From Octopus bimaculoides (taxonomy: Eukaryota): DNA of 43,510 nt. The notes below the pieces were generated by a model, which did not search any database, was not told the DNA's origin, and was given only the letters and a program-made list of their open reading frames with translations. The position numbers and the translations under genes were made by a program. The DNA is taken from contig NC_068984.1 in the NCBI RefSeq assembly GCF_001194135.2, positions 109,678,625 to 109,722,134 of the forward strand, given 5' to 3'. Each line of letters begins with the position of its first letter. Position 1 is the first letter of the stretch. This document shows, in pieces, positions 1 through 14,165 of this stretch.

Positions 1-329
1 TATGTGTGTATGTATGTATCTATCTATCTATCTATATACCTATCTGTCTATATCTCTCTCTCACACTTTCGCGCTCTCCCTATGTACATATATATATATA
101 TAAATACGTGTTTCTTTGTGTTTGATTGTTCCCCCTCCGTTGCTTGGCAAATGATGTTGGTATGTTTACATCCCTGTAACCTAGCAGTGCAGCAAACGTG
201 ACCAATAAAATAAGTACAAAGCTTTCAAAGAATAAATTCTGGGGTCGATGTCTTTGACTAAAACCTTTTAAGGTTATGCTCTTGTTTGGGTGCAGTCAAT
301 AAATAAAAGAATATATATATATAACAGTT

Positions 330-514
330 GGCGCAGGAGTGGCGGTGTGGTAAGTAGCTTGCTTACCAGCCACAAGGTTCCGGGTTCATTCCCACTGCAT
401 TGCATCTTGGGCAAGTGTCTTCTACTATAGCCTCGGGCTTACCAAAGCCTTGTGAGTGGAATTGGCAGACAGAAAACGAAAGAAACCCTCGTATATATGT
501 ATATATACACACAA

Positions 515-559
<45 letters not shown>

Positions 560-825
560 GATAGATATGTGTGTGTGTGTGTGTGTGTGTGTGTTTATGT
601 GTGTGTGTGTGTATATGTTTGTGTGTTTGTGTTTGTCCCCCCAACATCGCTTCACAACCGATGGTGGTGTTTACGTCCCTGTAACTTAGTGGTTCATCAA
701 AAGAGACCAATAGAATAAGTACTAGGCTTACAAAAAATAAGTCCTGGGGTCAATTTGCTCGACTAAAGGCGGTGCTCCAGCATGACCGCAGTCAAATGAC
801 TGAAACAAAGTAAAAGAGTAAAAGG
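330..825 (+). mobile_element. tRNA-derived SINE family 1, full length, with internal microsatellite
   Basis: A-box/B-box-like head (GTGGCGGTGTGGTAAG...GGTTCCGGGTTCATTCCC), internal (TA)/(CA)/(TG) tract, GACTGAAAC..AAAG tail. Relatives at 1440, 3863, 5570, 13563, 23160 and 36962. Confidence 0.8.
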
Positions 826-834
826 GAGTAAAAG

Positions 835-902
<68 letters not shown>

Positions 903-967
903 ATATATACATACATTCATATGTATATATGTATATATGTATATATATATACATATGTATATATATA

Positions 968-1000
<33 letters not shown>

Positions 1001-1371
1001 GCATATACCGTTATATTTCGAGATGTCATTTTTTTTTGTGTCAAATAAACACTTGCACTGTATATTTGTTCTTCACTTCATATGCATTTTATTATTGTTC
1101 TTATTTTATGTCCTTGGAAATTTTTAGTCACACATCTTTTGACCCCTTCAGTGACCCTCCATCCCACTTGTCTTCTCCTGTTTTGTTTAGTTCATTTTGC
1201 CTTTTCTATTTGGCAACAAAAATTAATAAATGACCGTCACAAAATATAACGGTATCTGTCTCAACATCTAATTTCACATCCAAGAATCTTGAAAAACAAT
1301 GCACACACACACAGACACACACACACGCACACACACACACACACACACACAGACACACACACACACATACA

Positions 1372-1403
<32 letters not shown>

Positions 1404-1439
1404 TCATATATAGATTTATATACTTATATATATATTTAT

Positions 1440-1613
1440 ATGGAGAGGGTCTGCTTCCCATCCACATGGTTCTGTGTTCAGTCCCCACCATGCAACAGCT
1501 TGGGCAAGTATCTGTTACTCAGATCTCTGATTAACAAAAGCCTTGTCAATGGATTTGGTAAATGGAAACTAAAAGAACCCTGTTGTATACATATTTATAT
1601 GTGTGTTTGTGTG

Positions 1614-1647
<34 letters not shown>

Positions 1648-1723
1648 CACATAAATATATATATGTATATGCCTATATATGTGTGTGTTGTGAGTGTGTG
1701 TGTGTGTGTGTCTATGTGTGTGT

Positions 1724-1809
<86 letters not shown>

Positions 1810-2020
1810 CTGCGTCTGTGTTTGTCCCCCACAACCACTTGACAATGAATATTGATGTGTTTACGTTCTCGTAACTTAGCAGTTCGGCAACAAAAGGGCC
1901 ACAATAAAAATTGTACTAGGCTTTAAAAGAGATAACTACTAGTGTTGATTCATTTGATAGAAAATTTGTCAAAGCAATGCTCCAGCATGGTAACAGTCTA
2001 ATGACTAAAACAAGTAAATC
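1440..2020 (+). mobile_element. SINE family 1, 5'-degraded
   Basis: Homologous to 330-825 with an expanded (TG)n. Confidence 0.7.
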
Positions 2021-2495
2021 GTAATATAAAAGATATATATATATATATATATATATGTTTGTGTATGTATATTCACAGATATATGTATAGATATACATAC
2101 ATATCTATGCGTGTGACATGTCTGTATATACCATACATAAGTGGTGTATATAAATTTAGGGGATATATGCAAAAATGAATAAGGCATACTCTCTGTCTGC
2201 AGGTTTGGTATAATCTGTGTGTGTATATGCATGCAAGCGTGTATAAAATTGGTATTCAGCCAATGTATGTGTTTGTGCTTAAGTGAATATTTGTGTTTAA
2301 ATAATGTGTATATGGTATGTATGCTTTTGGTATGTATAAAGTATATAAGTTAAATTTTACTCTTTGCATGTTTATATGTGTGTATACACACAAACACATT
2401 TTATATACATACTTACTACATACTTCCATGCATGCATATATATATATACACACCTACATATATATATACCTTAGCACACACATACATCTATAGAC

Positions 2496-2540
<45 letters not shown>

Positions 2541-3862
2541 NNNNNNNNNNCTCTTTGCATGTTTATATGTGTGTATACACACAAACACATTTTATATACA
2601 TACTTACTACATACTTCCATGCATGCATATATATATATACACACCTACATATATATATACCTTAGCACACACATACATAAATATATATATATAAATATAT
2701 ATATATATGCTGAATATTTGTGTATATTTGTGGATGTGTGTGTGTGTGTGTATATATATGTATACATATATATTTATAAATATATATATATATATATATG
2801 CATATATATACACACATAGATATATATTGACACATTCAAATATTGTTTTAATTTTGTGCATATACATGTATACGTGCATGTGTGTGTGCATACATGTGCT
2901 TCCATTGTAAATCTGTGTTTAAATGAGCATATGTACATTGTATGTGAGCGTGTAACTCTGTGTAAGAGCGTAACTATATAGCCATGTAGGCACTGTATAT
3001 TTGTATGTGTATGTATTGACCATGTCCATTACGTTTTGTATGAGTTTGTGTATGCATGTATGTGTGTGTGTCTGTGTGTCTGTGTGTTTGTCCTTGTACA
3101 TGTGTATTTTTTGTGCATGTGTGCATGCTCCGTGTGTATTTGCTTATGCATGTTTATATACCTATACAAATATATGGTTAACTGGAGCCTCTCATAGTGT
3201 AACATCATGTTTTCTATATAAGTATATGGGCATATATGTGTTTGTATGTGTGTGTATGTTTGTTTGAATGTGCGTGCCAGTGTGTGTTTTTGAATCTGTA
3301 GTAGCATCTTATGAATCTGAAGCTACGTGTGCATTGCTTGTTAGTGTTGTTTAACCTTTGGCTAAATTGAGTCAAGCAGATCTAAGATCAAATACAATCC
3401 GGTTGTGACCATCCCATCATTTTTCCGACATCCAGAGAATCCACTACAACATTAGTCAATGATCTTAAGTGTGTTTGTTTCGAAGGGGATTTGACTGCTA
3501 TTTCTAGCTGATTGCTTGATTATGTAGAAGCTCGCTTGTTGGTCTCATATGACTGTATGTGTATATATATGTACATGAGTGGCATATATAAATTCATGTG
3601 TTTGTGTGTGTTTTACTGTGTTTTAGATGTGTGTATGCGAGTATGTGAGCATTCATATGTTTTTGTATAGCATTCTCTATCTGGACGTATATCTGGATTA
3701 GATTTTCGTGTATATATCTCTGTGTATGTCTAATCATATGTGTATAGATATGGCTATATGAGTGTATGTATTACTAAGCACGCATGTGTGAGTGTGTGTC
3801 TATTTGCATGTTTATACATGAATCAAGACAAACACAGACACACACAGATAAATATATATATC

Positions 3863-3993
3863 ATGGGCTTCTTTCAGTTTCCGTCTACTTGAGGCTATAG
3901 TAGAAGACGTTTATGTAAGGTGCCACACAGTGGGACTGGACCCAAGACCATTTGGTTGGGAAAAAACATCCTTAAAACAGCCACACCAGTGCC
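3863..3993 (-). mobile_element. SINE family 1 head fragment
   Basis: Reverse complement of the SINE1 head. Confidence 0.7.
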
Positions 3994-4178
3994 TATGCAC
4001 ATGTATATATACACACACACACACATATATATGTATACATACACACACACATATGTGTGTGTGTGTGTATTATTACAAATTTGGGATTTTACCAATTGGA
4101 CCACAACTTCAATTTCAGGACAACCTTATTTTCTGGAGTACACATAGAAAGTTATATCCAAAATACTAATCTAATAAT

Positions 4179-4215
<37 letters not shown>

Positions 4216-4939
4216 NNNNNNNNNNNNNNNNNNNNNNNNNNNNNNNNNNNNNNNNNNNNNNNNNNNNNNNNNNNNNNNNNNNNNNNNNNNNNNNNNNNNN
4301 NNNNNNNNNNNNNNNNNNNNNNNNNNNNNNNNNNNNNNNNNNNNNNNNNNNNNNNNNNNNNNNNNNNNNNNNNNNNNNNNNNNNNNNNNNNNNNNNNNNN
4401 NNNNNNNNNNNNNNNNNNNNNNNNNNNNNNNNNNNNNNNNNNNNNNNNNNNNNNNNNNNNNNNNNNNNNNNNNNNNNNNNNNNNNNNNNNNNNNNNNNNN
4501 NNNNNNNNNNNNNNNNNNNNNNNNNNNNNNNNNNNNNNNNNNNNNNNNNNNNNNNNNNNNNNNNNNNNNNNNNNNNNNNNNNNNNNNNNNNNNNNNNNNN
4601 NNNNNNNNNNNNNNNNNNNNNNNNNNNNNNNNNNNNNNNNNNNNNNNNNNNNNNNNNNNNNNNNNNNNNNNNNNNNNNNNNNNNNNNNNNNNNNNNNNNN
4701 NNNNNNNNNNNNNNNNNNNNNNNNNNNNNNNNNNNNNNNNNNNNNNNNNNNNNNNNNNNNNNNNNNNNNNNNNNNNNNNNNNNNNNNNNNNNNNNNNNNN
4801 NNNNNNNNNNNNNNNNNNNNNNNNNNNNNNNNNNNNNNNNNNNNNNNNNNNNNNNNNNNNNNNNNNNNNNNNNNNNNNNNNNNNNNNNNNNNNNNNNNNN
4901 NNNNNNNNNNNNNNNNNNNNNNNNNNNNNTATATATATA

Positions 4940-5080
4940 TAGGTTTGTATGTATGTATGCATGTATATATACATGTATGTATGTATGTATGTATGCATGT
5001 ATATATACATGTATGTATGTATGTATGTATGCATGTATATATACATGTATGTATGTATGTATGTATGTATTTATGTATGT
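4940..5080. repeat. ~32-bp minisatellite derived from (TATG)n
   Basis: GTATGTATGTATGCATGTATATATACATGTAT repeated about three to four times. Confidence 0.8.
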
Positions 5081-5363
5081 ATGCATATTTAAATGGCTGG
5101 ATTTATATATGTATATATATGCGTTACACTTGACTATATGCATATACTTGCTGTGTGCTTGTGTGTACATATATGGCAACACTAGTATGTGTGCTTGCAC
5201 ATGTGTGTGTATGTGTGTGTGTGAGTGTGTGTGTGTGTTATTTGTGACTATATGTGCTTATTTTACAATACGACTGATGTATATGGATATAAATGTAAAT
5301 ATAATTGTTAAATGATTTTAAATCTTGAAGTGTTTGTATCTGTACCAGCATGTGTGGATGTTT

Positions 5364-5428
<65 letters not shown>

Positions 5429-5569
5429 TAAACGTCTATACCTTTATGTCTAGATATCCCTCCATCTATCTGTCAATCTATCTATCTATCTATTTATCTA
5501 TCTGTCTATCTGTCTGTTTGTCTATCTGTCTGTTTGTTTGTTTATCTGCCTATCTATCTGTCTGTCTAT

Positions 5570-6472
5570 TTGGCAACCCGCTAAGTTATGGGGACGTAAA
5601 CACGCCAACATAGTTTGTCAGGTATAATGGGGACACACACACAAACACACAAACACACACACATATATATATATATATACATACACACACANNNNNNNNN
5701 NNNNNNNNNNNNNNNNNNNNNNNNNNNNNNNNNNNNNNNNNNNNNNNNNNNNNNNNNNNNNNNNNNNNNNNNNNNNNNNNNNNNNNNNNNNNNNNNNNNN
5801 NNNNNNNNNNNNNNNNNNNNNNNNNNNNNNNNNNNNNNNNNNNNNNNNNNNNNNNNNNNNNNNNNNNNNNNNNNNNNNNNNNNNNNNNNNNNNNNNNNNN
5901 NNNNNNNNNNNNNNNNNNNNNNNNNNNNNNNNNNNNNNNNNNNNNNNNNNNNNNNNNNNNNNNNNNNNNNNNNNNNNNNNNNNNNNNNNNNNNNNNNNNN
6001 NNNNNNNNNNNNNNNNNNNNNNNNNNNNNNNNNNNNNNNNNNNNNNNNNNNNNNNNNNNNNNNNNNNNNNNNNNNNNNNNNNNNNNNNNNNNNNNNNNNN
6101 NNNNNNNNNNNNNNNNNNNNNNNNNNNNNNNNNNNNNNNNNNNNNNNNNNNNNNNNNNNNNNNNNNNNNNNNNNNNNNNNNNNNNNNNNNNNNNNNNNNN
6201 NNNNNNNNNNNNNNNNNNNNNNNNNNNNNNNNNNNNNNNNNNNNNNNNNNNNNNNNNNNNNNNNNNNNNNNNNNNNNNNNNNNNNNNNNNNNNNNNNNNN
6301 NNNNNNTATATATATAATGGGCTTCTTTCAGTTCCCATCTACCAAATCCACTTACAAGGCTTTGGTCAGCCTGAGGCTATAATAGAAGAGACATGCTCTG
6401 GATGCTATGCAGTGGGATTCAACCCAGAACCATGAGGTTGAGAAGCATGCTTCTTACCACAGAGCCATGCCT
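5570..6472 (-). mobile_element. SINE family 1 spanning an assembly gap
   Basis: Body at 5570-5640 and head at 6318-6472 match SINE1 in reverse; the gap sits in the internal microsatellite. Confidence 0.65.
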
Positions 6473-7139
6473 ACATTTATATATATATACACATACATAT
6501 GTATATTCTGCTTTAAATGGATCTTTGTGTGTGTGTGTGTGTGTGTGTGTGCATCATTATTATTATGCACTTGCATGTATAGCAGTACAGAATATTTAAA
6601 CAATCTGCATGTGTTTTAGTGTAGTCATATGTATATGTCTGGTGTGATGGCTAGACAGATATATGGATGTATATATATATATATGTGTAGAAGTTTTAAT
6701 GTATAGTTATGCATGATTGTCTGTATGCATGAATGCATGCCTGTATGCATATACGTATATAGTTCTTTGTGTCATTATGTGAATATTTTTGCATGTGCTT
6801 TATGTGTGAGTAAAAGTGTGTGTATATGTGTATGTGTATGTGCATTAACTTCTCTATATCTAAGCATATAGCATGCTCTGTGTATGTATAGATATATGAT
6901 GCACCCTTGCTTGTGTGTATATAAATTGGCATATGGTATCGATGGTTGAGAATTTTTACATGGAAATATGCATGCGTGTTTATAGTTATTCGTATCAATA
7001 TATGATAGATTTTTGCATGCTTTATACTCTATGCATATGTAATTGTATATACGCAAAAGTTAAACTCTTGGCATGTATGTTTGATAGTCAGTTTATATAC
7101 ATTAATATGTGTGTACATATATATGTATAAAATATATAC

Positions 7140-7171
<32 letters not shown>

Positions 7172-8260
7172 GAATATGTATACACACATGTTTATGTCCG
7201 TATATGTATATACATATAATATGTATATGTATATATAGGTATATATTTATGTATGTATATATANNNNNNNNNNNNNNNNNNNNNNNNNNNNNNNNNNNNN
7301 NNNNNNNNNNNNNNNNNNNNNNNNNNNNNNNNNNNNNNNNNNNNNNNNNNNNNNNNNNNNNNNNNNNNNNNNNNNNNNNNNNNNNNNNNNNNNNNNNNNN
7401 NNNNNNNNNNNNNNNNNNNNNNNNNNNNNNNNNNNNNNNNNNNNNNNNNNNNNNNNNNNNNNNNNNNNNNNNNNNNNNNNNNNNNNNNNNNNNNNNNNNN
7501 NNNNNNNNNNNNNNNNNNNNNNNNNNNNNNNNNNNNNNNNNNNNNNNNNNNNNNNNNNNNNNNNNNNNNNNNNNNNNNNNNNNNNNNNNNNNNNNNNNNN
7601 NNNNNNNNNNNNNNNNNNNNNNNNNNNNNNNNNNNNNNNNNNNNNNNNNNNNNNNNNNNNNNNNNNNNNNNNNNNNNNNNNNNNNNNNNNNNNNNNNNNN
7701 NNNNNNNNNNNNNNNNNNNNNNNNNNNNNNNNNNNNNNNNNNNNNNNNNNNNNNNNNNNNNNNNNNNNNNNNNNNNNNNNNNNNNNNNNNNNNNNNNNNN
7801 NNNNNNNNNNNNNNNNNNNNNNNNNNNNNNNNNNNNNNNNNNNNNNNNNNNNNNNNNNNNNNNNNNNNNNNNNNNNNNNNNNNNNNNNNNNNNNNNNNNN
7901 NNNNNNNNNNNNNNNNNNNNNNNNNNNNNNNNNNNNNNNNNNNNNNNNNNNNNNNNNNNNNNNNNNNNNNNNNNNNNNNNNNNNNNNNNNNNNATATATA
8001 TATATATATATATAATATATATGTATATATATTTGTATATATATGTATATGTGTATATATATATACATATTTATGGGTAGGTGTGTGTGTGCGTCTCTGT
8101 GTTTATGTATCTCTTTGTCTATGTATGCATATATGCATACAAGTTGTTTAGGTGTATGTATATATGTACAAATGTATGTGTTCATGTGTGCATCAATGTA
8201 TGAATTTATGTAAGTTTTTATTATATACTTTTTGTCCACATGTGATAATTCTTGTGCATG

Positions 8261-8295
<35 letters not shown>

Positions 8296-8421
8296 TATAT
8301 AGCTGTATGATTTGAATTTATTGTGTGTATTATTAGACTTGTGTATATGCATACTTCTATATTGGTATCTGTGTATACATGTATGTGTGTGTATTACTAT
8401 GAATCTACATCTCTAGCTGTC

Positions 8422-8900
8422 AGGTGGCAAACTGGCAGAATTGTTAGAACATTGAATGAAATGCTTAGTGGTATTTCACCATTGCTATGTTGTGTGTTCA
8501 AATTCTACTGAGGTCGATGTGGCCTTTCATCTTTTCAGGGTCGATAAATTAAGCAGCAGTGAAACGCTGGGGTCGATGCAATCGACTAGCCCCCTCCCCC
8601 AAAATCTGGGGCCTTGTGCCACCAGTAGAAAGGATTATCATCATTATTATTATTATTATTATAAAAGATATAAAAGGGATTATTATTATTATTATTATTA
8701 TTATAAAAGATATAGAAGGGATTATTATTATTATTATTATTATTATTGTTGTTGTTGTTGTTATTAAGGGCAGTGAGCAGGCAGTGTCCTTCACACACCA
8801 GGCAAAACAAAATAAATACCAGCTGAGCACTGGGGTCAATTTAATCGACTTACATTCACCTCCTGAGCTTCCTGGCCCTGTACCTCAATTTGAAATCAAT
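8422..8900 (+). mobile_element. SINE family 2 copies separated by a (TAT)n tract
   Basis: GGCAGAATTGTTAG...AAATTCTACTGAGGTCGATGTGGCCTTTCATC...GGGGTCGAT motif shared with the 15.2-16 kb copies. Confidence 0.7.
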
Positions 8901-8916
8901 ATACATACCTATGGCA

Positions 8917-9206
8917 CCTGTGCCCAGCGTCGCCTTTCTGGCACTTGTGCCTGCGGCATGTGTAAGGACTTTCGAGCGAGATCGTTGGCATTACCGCCAG
9001 ACTGGCCTTCGTGCCAGTGGCATGTAAAAAGCACCGACTACACTCTCTGGGTGGTTGGTGTTAGGAAGGGCATCCAGCTGTAGAAACTCTGCCAAATCAG
9101 ATTGGAGCCTGGTGTAGCCATCTGGTTTCACCAGTCCTCAGTCAAATCGTCCAACCCATGCTAGCATGAAAAGCGGACGTTAAACGACGATGATGATGAT
9201 GATGAT
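8917..9206 (+). mobile_element. SINE 3' portion with (GAT)n tail
   Basis: GGTTGGTGTTAGGAAGGGCATCCAGC...CCATGCTAGCATGAAAAGCGGACGTTAAACG(AT G)n. Diverged relatives at 11780-11940 (-), 40850-41030 (-) and 42150-42322 (+). Confidence 0.7.
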
Positions 9207-9633
9207 ACACATCTCTCTCTCTGGATATATNNNNNNNNNNNNNNNNNNNNNNNNNNNNNNNNNNNNNNNNNNNNNNNNNNNNNNNNNNNNNNNNNNNNNN
9301 NNNNNNNNNNNNNNNNNNNNNNNNNNNNNNNNNNNNNNNNNNNNNNNNNNNNNNNNNNNNNNNNNNNNNNNNNNNNNNNNNNNNNNNNNNNNNNNNNNNN
9401 NNNNNNNNNNNNNNNNNNNNNNNNNNNNNNNNNNNNNNNNNNNNNNNNNNNNNNNNNNNNNNNNNNNNNNNNNNNNNNNNNNNNNNNNNNNNNNNNNNNN
9501 NNNNNNNNNNNNNNNNNNNNNNNNNNNNNNNNNNNNNNNNNNNNNNNNNNNNNNNNNNNNNNNNNNNNNNNNNNNNNNNNNNNNNNNNNNNNNNNNNNNN
9601 NNNNNNNNNNNNNNNNNNNNNNNNTATATATAT

Positions 9634-9681
<48 letters not shown>

Positions 9682-10253
9682 GTAGATAGATAGATAGATA
9701 GATAGATGAAAAGATACACAGATGTACAAATAGAACTCATTCATACGCATAAATACAATCTTTCATCTATAACCTATAACATAAACATGTAATTATTTAA
9801 AAACACATTTACATATGTATATACACTCATATACACATACACACGTATACACACACATATATATTTATATATATGTATATATGTACAACATACATATGTA
9901 TATATACACACACACACACATATACATATATAGACATATATATATGTANNNNNNNNNNATATAATATATATATAAATATACACATACATATATATATATC
10001 TGTATATCTGTATAGATATATATACATACATACACGTATTTAGATTTATATGCATATGTTTATTTATTTACACACACACATTACACACATTATGGGAGTC
10101 CACACACACTTTATCGGAGTCCAGATATTCATAGATAGTTCTTGCGGTGCAACATAGCTTCGAGGGAAGATATTGTTGGATATGTCAAAATTATAGTTTC
10201 TTACCAGCTGACAGCAGATGTATATGCATGTGTACGTGCATGTGTGTGGTGTT

Positions 10254-10290
<37 letters not shown>

Positions 10291-10489
10291 CAGGCATACA
10301 CGCACAAACACACATATACATATAAATAGATAGATATTTATAACTAAATCCATATACATATATATAGTTATGCATGCATACATACCTCCACAAACACACG
10401 TGTGCACACACATATGCACACACATACATACACACATATGCATACACACATATGTGTGTGTGTGCGTGTGCACATTTGTGTATGTTATA

Positions 10490-10533
<44 letters not shown>

Positions 10534-10905
10534 TGTAAAATTANNNNNNNNNNNNNNNNNNNNNNNNNNNNNNNNNNNNNNNNNNNNNNNNNNNNNNNNN
10601 NNNNNNNNNNNNNNNNNNNNNNNNNNNNNNNNNNNNNNNNNNNNNNNNNNNNNNNNNNNNNNNNNNNNNNNNNNNNNNNNNNNNNNNNNNNNNNNNNNNN
10701 NNNNNNNNNNNNNNNNNNNNNNNNNNNNNNNNNNNNNNNNNNNNNNNNNNNNNNNNNNNNNNNNNNNNNNNNNNNNNNNNNNNNNNNNNNNNNNNNNNNN
10801 NNNNNNNNNNNNNNNNNNNNNNNNNNNNNNNNNNNNNNNNNNNNNNNNNNNNNNNNNNNNNNNNNNNNNNNNNNNNNNNNNNNNNNNNNNNNNNNNNNNN
10901 NNNNN

Positions 10906-10983
<78 letters not shown>

Positions 10984-11405
10984 TGAGAAAGAGAGAGAGA
11001 GAGACAGAGAGAGAGAGAGAGATAGAGAGAAAGAGAGAGAGATTGATTGATTGATTGATTGATTGAGAATTTCTTTCTGTTATTTTTCCAAAGGATGTCT
11101 AACAGATTTCTTGATTTCTCCTTGTTGCTGTCGCAAAAGTTTATAAAAAAAAATGGATCATAATATGTACAGTTACAGAAAGCACACACATACACACATG
11201 CATGCACAAAAGCCATTCTTATGGTCTTGCTGACATATATGCATACATGTATATACTTACATTTACAATATTTGCATGTGAATATATGTATATGTGTGTT
11301 TTGTTGACAGCCTTTTTATTGGACAATTGTTTTATTGAACTAATTCTAATGTTAATACACATTTCTTATCTGTTTGCATGTGTGTGCATATGTATATGTT
11401 TCTAA

Positions 11406-11718
11406 GTCGCATGGCTCAGTGGTTAAAGCATTGGGTTCACAATCATGAGGTAGTGAGTTCAAATCATGGATTAAGCTGCGTTTTGTGTTTTTGAGCAAGA
11501 CACTTTATTTCATGTTGCTCCAGTTCAGTCAGCTGTAGAAATGAGCTGTGATATCTCTGGTGCCAAACTGTATCAATCTCTTTCTTCCCCTTGGATAACA
11601 TTGTTGGCATGAAGAGTGGATATTGGTATGCATGGGTGACCGCTGGTCTTCCATAAACAACCTTTGCCTGGACTTATGTCTCGGAGGGTAACTATCTAGG
11701 TGCAATCCTATGGTCATT
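11406..11718 (+). mobile_element. tRNA-derived SINE family 3
   Basis: GGCTCAGTGGTTAAAGC A-box, GAGTTCAAATC B-box and TTGAGCAAGACACTT motif; related head at 22860. Confidence 0.7.
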
Positions 11719-11984
11719 CATAGATGCATCATAAGCAAATAGGTATGCATAAAATTGCATAGCCATGTAACTATGTTTATATTCCTTGCTGGCATGGGTT
11801 GCACGGTTTGGTAGGATCCAATGAGTCCAAGAACTGATTGTGTTCCATTGTCAGCTTTGGCCTGGTTTCTATGGCTGGATGCCCTTTCTAATGCCAACCA
11901 CTTTACAGAATGGAGAGGATGTTTTTTTTTTTGTACCACCTACAATTTTGAGGTCAGCTTGCAGTTTGCAGGACCATGTACCAT

Positions 11985-12135
11985 GAAGGTGGAGGTGGTG
12001 GTTGTGGTGGAAGTGGTAGTTGCAGGGTGTGGTGGTGGTGGTTGTGGTGGAAGTGGTAGTTGCAGGGTGTGGTGGTGGTGGGGTGTGATGGTGGCAGGTT
12101 GTGGTGCTGGTGTTGGTGGTGGTGATGGTGTTAGT
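11985..12135. repeat. (GGT)n-derived low-complexity tract with an internal duplication
   Basis: GTTGTGGTGGAAGTGGTAGTTGCAGGGTGTGGTGGTGGTG occurs twice. Confidence 0.8.
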
Positions 12136-12349
12136 GGTTTTGGTTTGGTTGTGCTAGTTCAGCTTCATGCTAGGAGACGAGGGGATTACTATGTCAGTAA
12201 TCTTTTCTATTAATTTTTATTAATGAAATTTAATAACTATACTCTGCAGTACACTAAACAACACACATCGAGTCCTAATTAAATACTGGTTCACTTGATC
12301 CCGAGTCAGTTTACCAAATAGCTTACACACACACTCAAACACACACATA

Positions 12350-12580
12350 GGATAAGAGATAGAGTGACTCATTCACAACCATCCCCCACAAACATACACC
12401 CAATCAAAACACTTAATCATCACTTCAAACCACTATCAACATCTCTCCCCACCATCACTGTATGCTCACCTCCATTTACTCCCATATGTCCTCAGTCCTT
12501 TACCATGTCACATTTCCAATTTTCAAATCACTGTCCACATTTTACTGCTTCTGACTCACACACTGGTCAATCAGTATTTA
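12350..12580 (+). mobile_element. Possible highly decayed Penelope-like RT remnant
   Basis: Translation PTNIHPIKTLNHHFKPL resembles the Penelope TYHP..I..II..HF region; heavily degenerate. Confidence 0.3.
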
Positions 12581-12977
12581 CAGGTAAGAGTATGAGGTGA
12601 TTTTTTTTTCTTTTTAATAATGCCCTTAAAGCTAAACCTAACACTCACCCTAAACCTTAATCCCTAAACCCTTTTATTAATGAAATATTTCTATACTGTG
12701 TGGTTTTAGTAGTGAGCATTGTAGTAATTGTGGTCCCTTTATTTTTGATACAAATATATTGACATTGTATTTATGTGTAAAGGGTGACGACAGGTTACAG
12801 ACATTGTGGCATTAGGTAACACCTATGTGATCTTTAGCCCACTTCAACTGTTTCATTTAGTGCAATAATCATCATTGCTTCATAATGTATGTGTGTGTGT
12901 GTATATTACATTATATTATACATTATGTAATCTTTACAAATATTTCTTATCTTATTATATCTATTATTTTACCTTAT

Positions 12978-13205
12978 TATTGCCTCTGCCTTAGCGAAGG
13001 TGGAGATATTGTTTTCAGTCGTGTTTGTTTCTTTGTTTGTCCATGGACAAGATATCTCAACAACCACTGGATGGATTCGAATGAAACTTTCAGAGATGTT
13101 TGCCCTTGTGATTGGCATGAACTGATTATATTTTGGGATCGATCCGGTGCCAGACAAGGATTCTGGATTATTTTTCCTTTTTTTATTTTTCTAAATTTTT
13201 GAGAG
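12978..13205 (+). mobile_element. Possible DINE-1/Helentron-type non-autonomous element fragment
   Basis: Layout TGCCTCTGCC...GTTTTCAGTCGTGTTTGTTTCTTTGTTTGTCC...GGATTCGAATGAAACTTTC is typical of these elements (recognised from memory). Confidence 0.4.
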
Positions 13206-13562
13206 CAGTTGGGTTCATTTTTAGTATTCTCACTTACGTATCCAAGGTATATGCTTCTGTGTATAAGAGTAGACAGGAGAGGTTGGAAGGTAAGTAGGGA
13301 GGAGAGCAAGCGGCATTGGGCAATTAAAGTAGGTTATTAAGGATGAAAATAAAAGAAACTTTAAGAAAGTTCATGCTATATGAGTGTGTGTGTATGTGTG
13401 TGTGTGTGTGTGTGTTTGCGTGCATGCATGTGTGTGTTCGTGCGGGAAGGCCACTAAAAGATAGAAAAATTGATGGCGGCCAACAGACAAATGACATAGA
13501 CAGATCTTCAGGTATCACTCAACAAACTACTTTGCTTTACTCCAGAAATATCTAGAAAATAT

Positions 13563-13726
13563 AGGTGCAGTGGTGGCTGTGTGATAAGAAGCTTGCTTCA
13601 CAACTACATGGTACCGAGTTCAGTCCCACTTCGTGGTACTTTGCCCAAGTGTCTTCTACTATAGCTTCGGGCCGACCAAAACCTTGTGATTGGATTTGAT
13701 AGACAGAAACTGAAAGGAGTCCGTCG

Positions 13727-13787
<61 letters not shown>

Positions 13788-14060
13788 ATGTATGTATGTA
13801 TTAAGTATGTATGTGTATATATGGGGCGGGGTTAGTGTGTGTTTGTTTGTCTGTGTCTGTATTTGTCCTCCAACCACCACTTGATAACCGGGGCTGGTGT
13901 GTCCCTATATTGTAGCGGTTCGGCAAAAGAAAGGGATAGAATAAATACTAGACTTTAAAAAAAAAGTCCTAGTGTCGATTGTTCGATTAAGACCCTTTAA
14001 GGCGTTGCTCCAGCATGGCCGCAGTCCCATGACTGAAACATGTGAAAGAATAAAATAATA
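13563..14060 (+). mobile_element. SINE family 1, full length
   Basis: Homologous to 330-825. Confidence 0.8.
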
Positions 14061-14165
14061 AAGAGTTTAATAACAACAGACCTACGTTTTAATAAAAATA
14101 CCTACAAATATTCTTGAAATACGCATAATTATATGTTTAAGAATCAATATTTCATGTCCATCATT

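Larger units (their letters stand above)
1..11070. repeat. Microsatellite-saturated region: (TA)n, (CA)n/(TG)n, (TATG)n, (GATA)n, (GA)n, (TAT)n, with multiple N-gaps
   Basis: Direct inspection. Examples: (TA)n 838-895, (TG)n 1690-1806, (GATA)n 9635-9705, (GA)n 10907-11040. Gaps at 4216-4929, 5692-6306, 7264-7993, 9231-9624, 10544-10906. Confidence 0.95.

Noticed and set aside
2360-2678. ~128-bp direct duplication
   Set aside because: Identical copies flank a 10-N gap, so this is most likely an uncollapsed contig overlap.
1-11216. Dozens of ORFs ([12 protein letters not shown], poly-X)
   Set aside because: They are translations of microsatellites and N-gaps.
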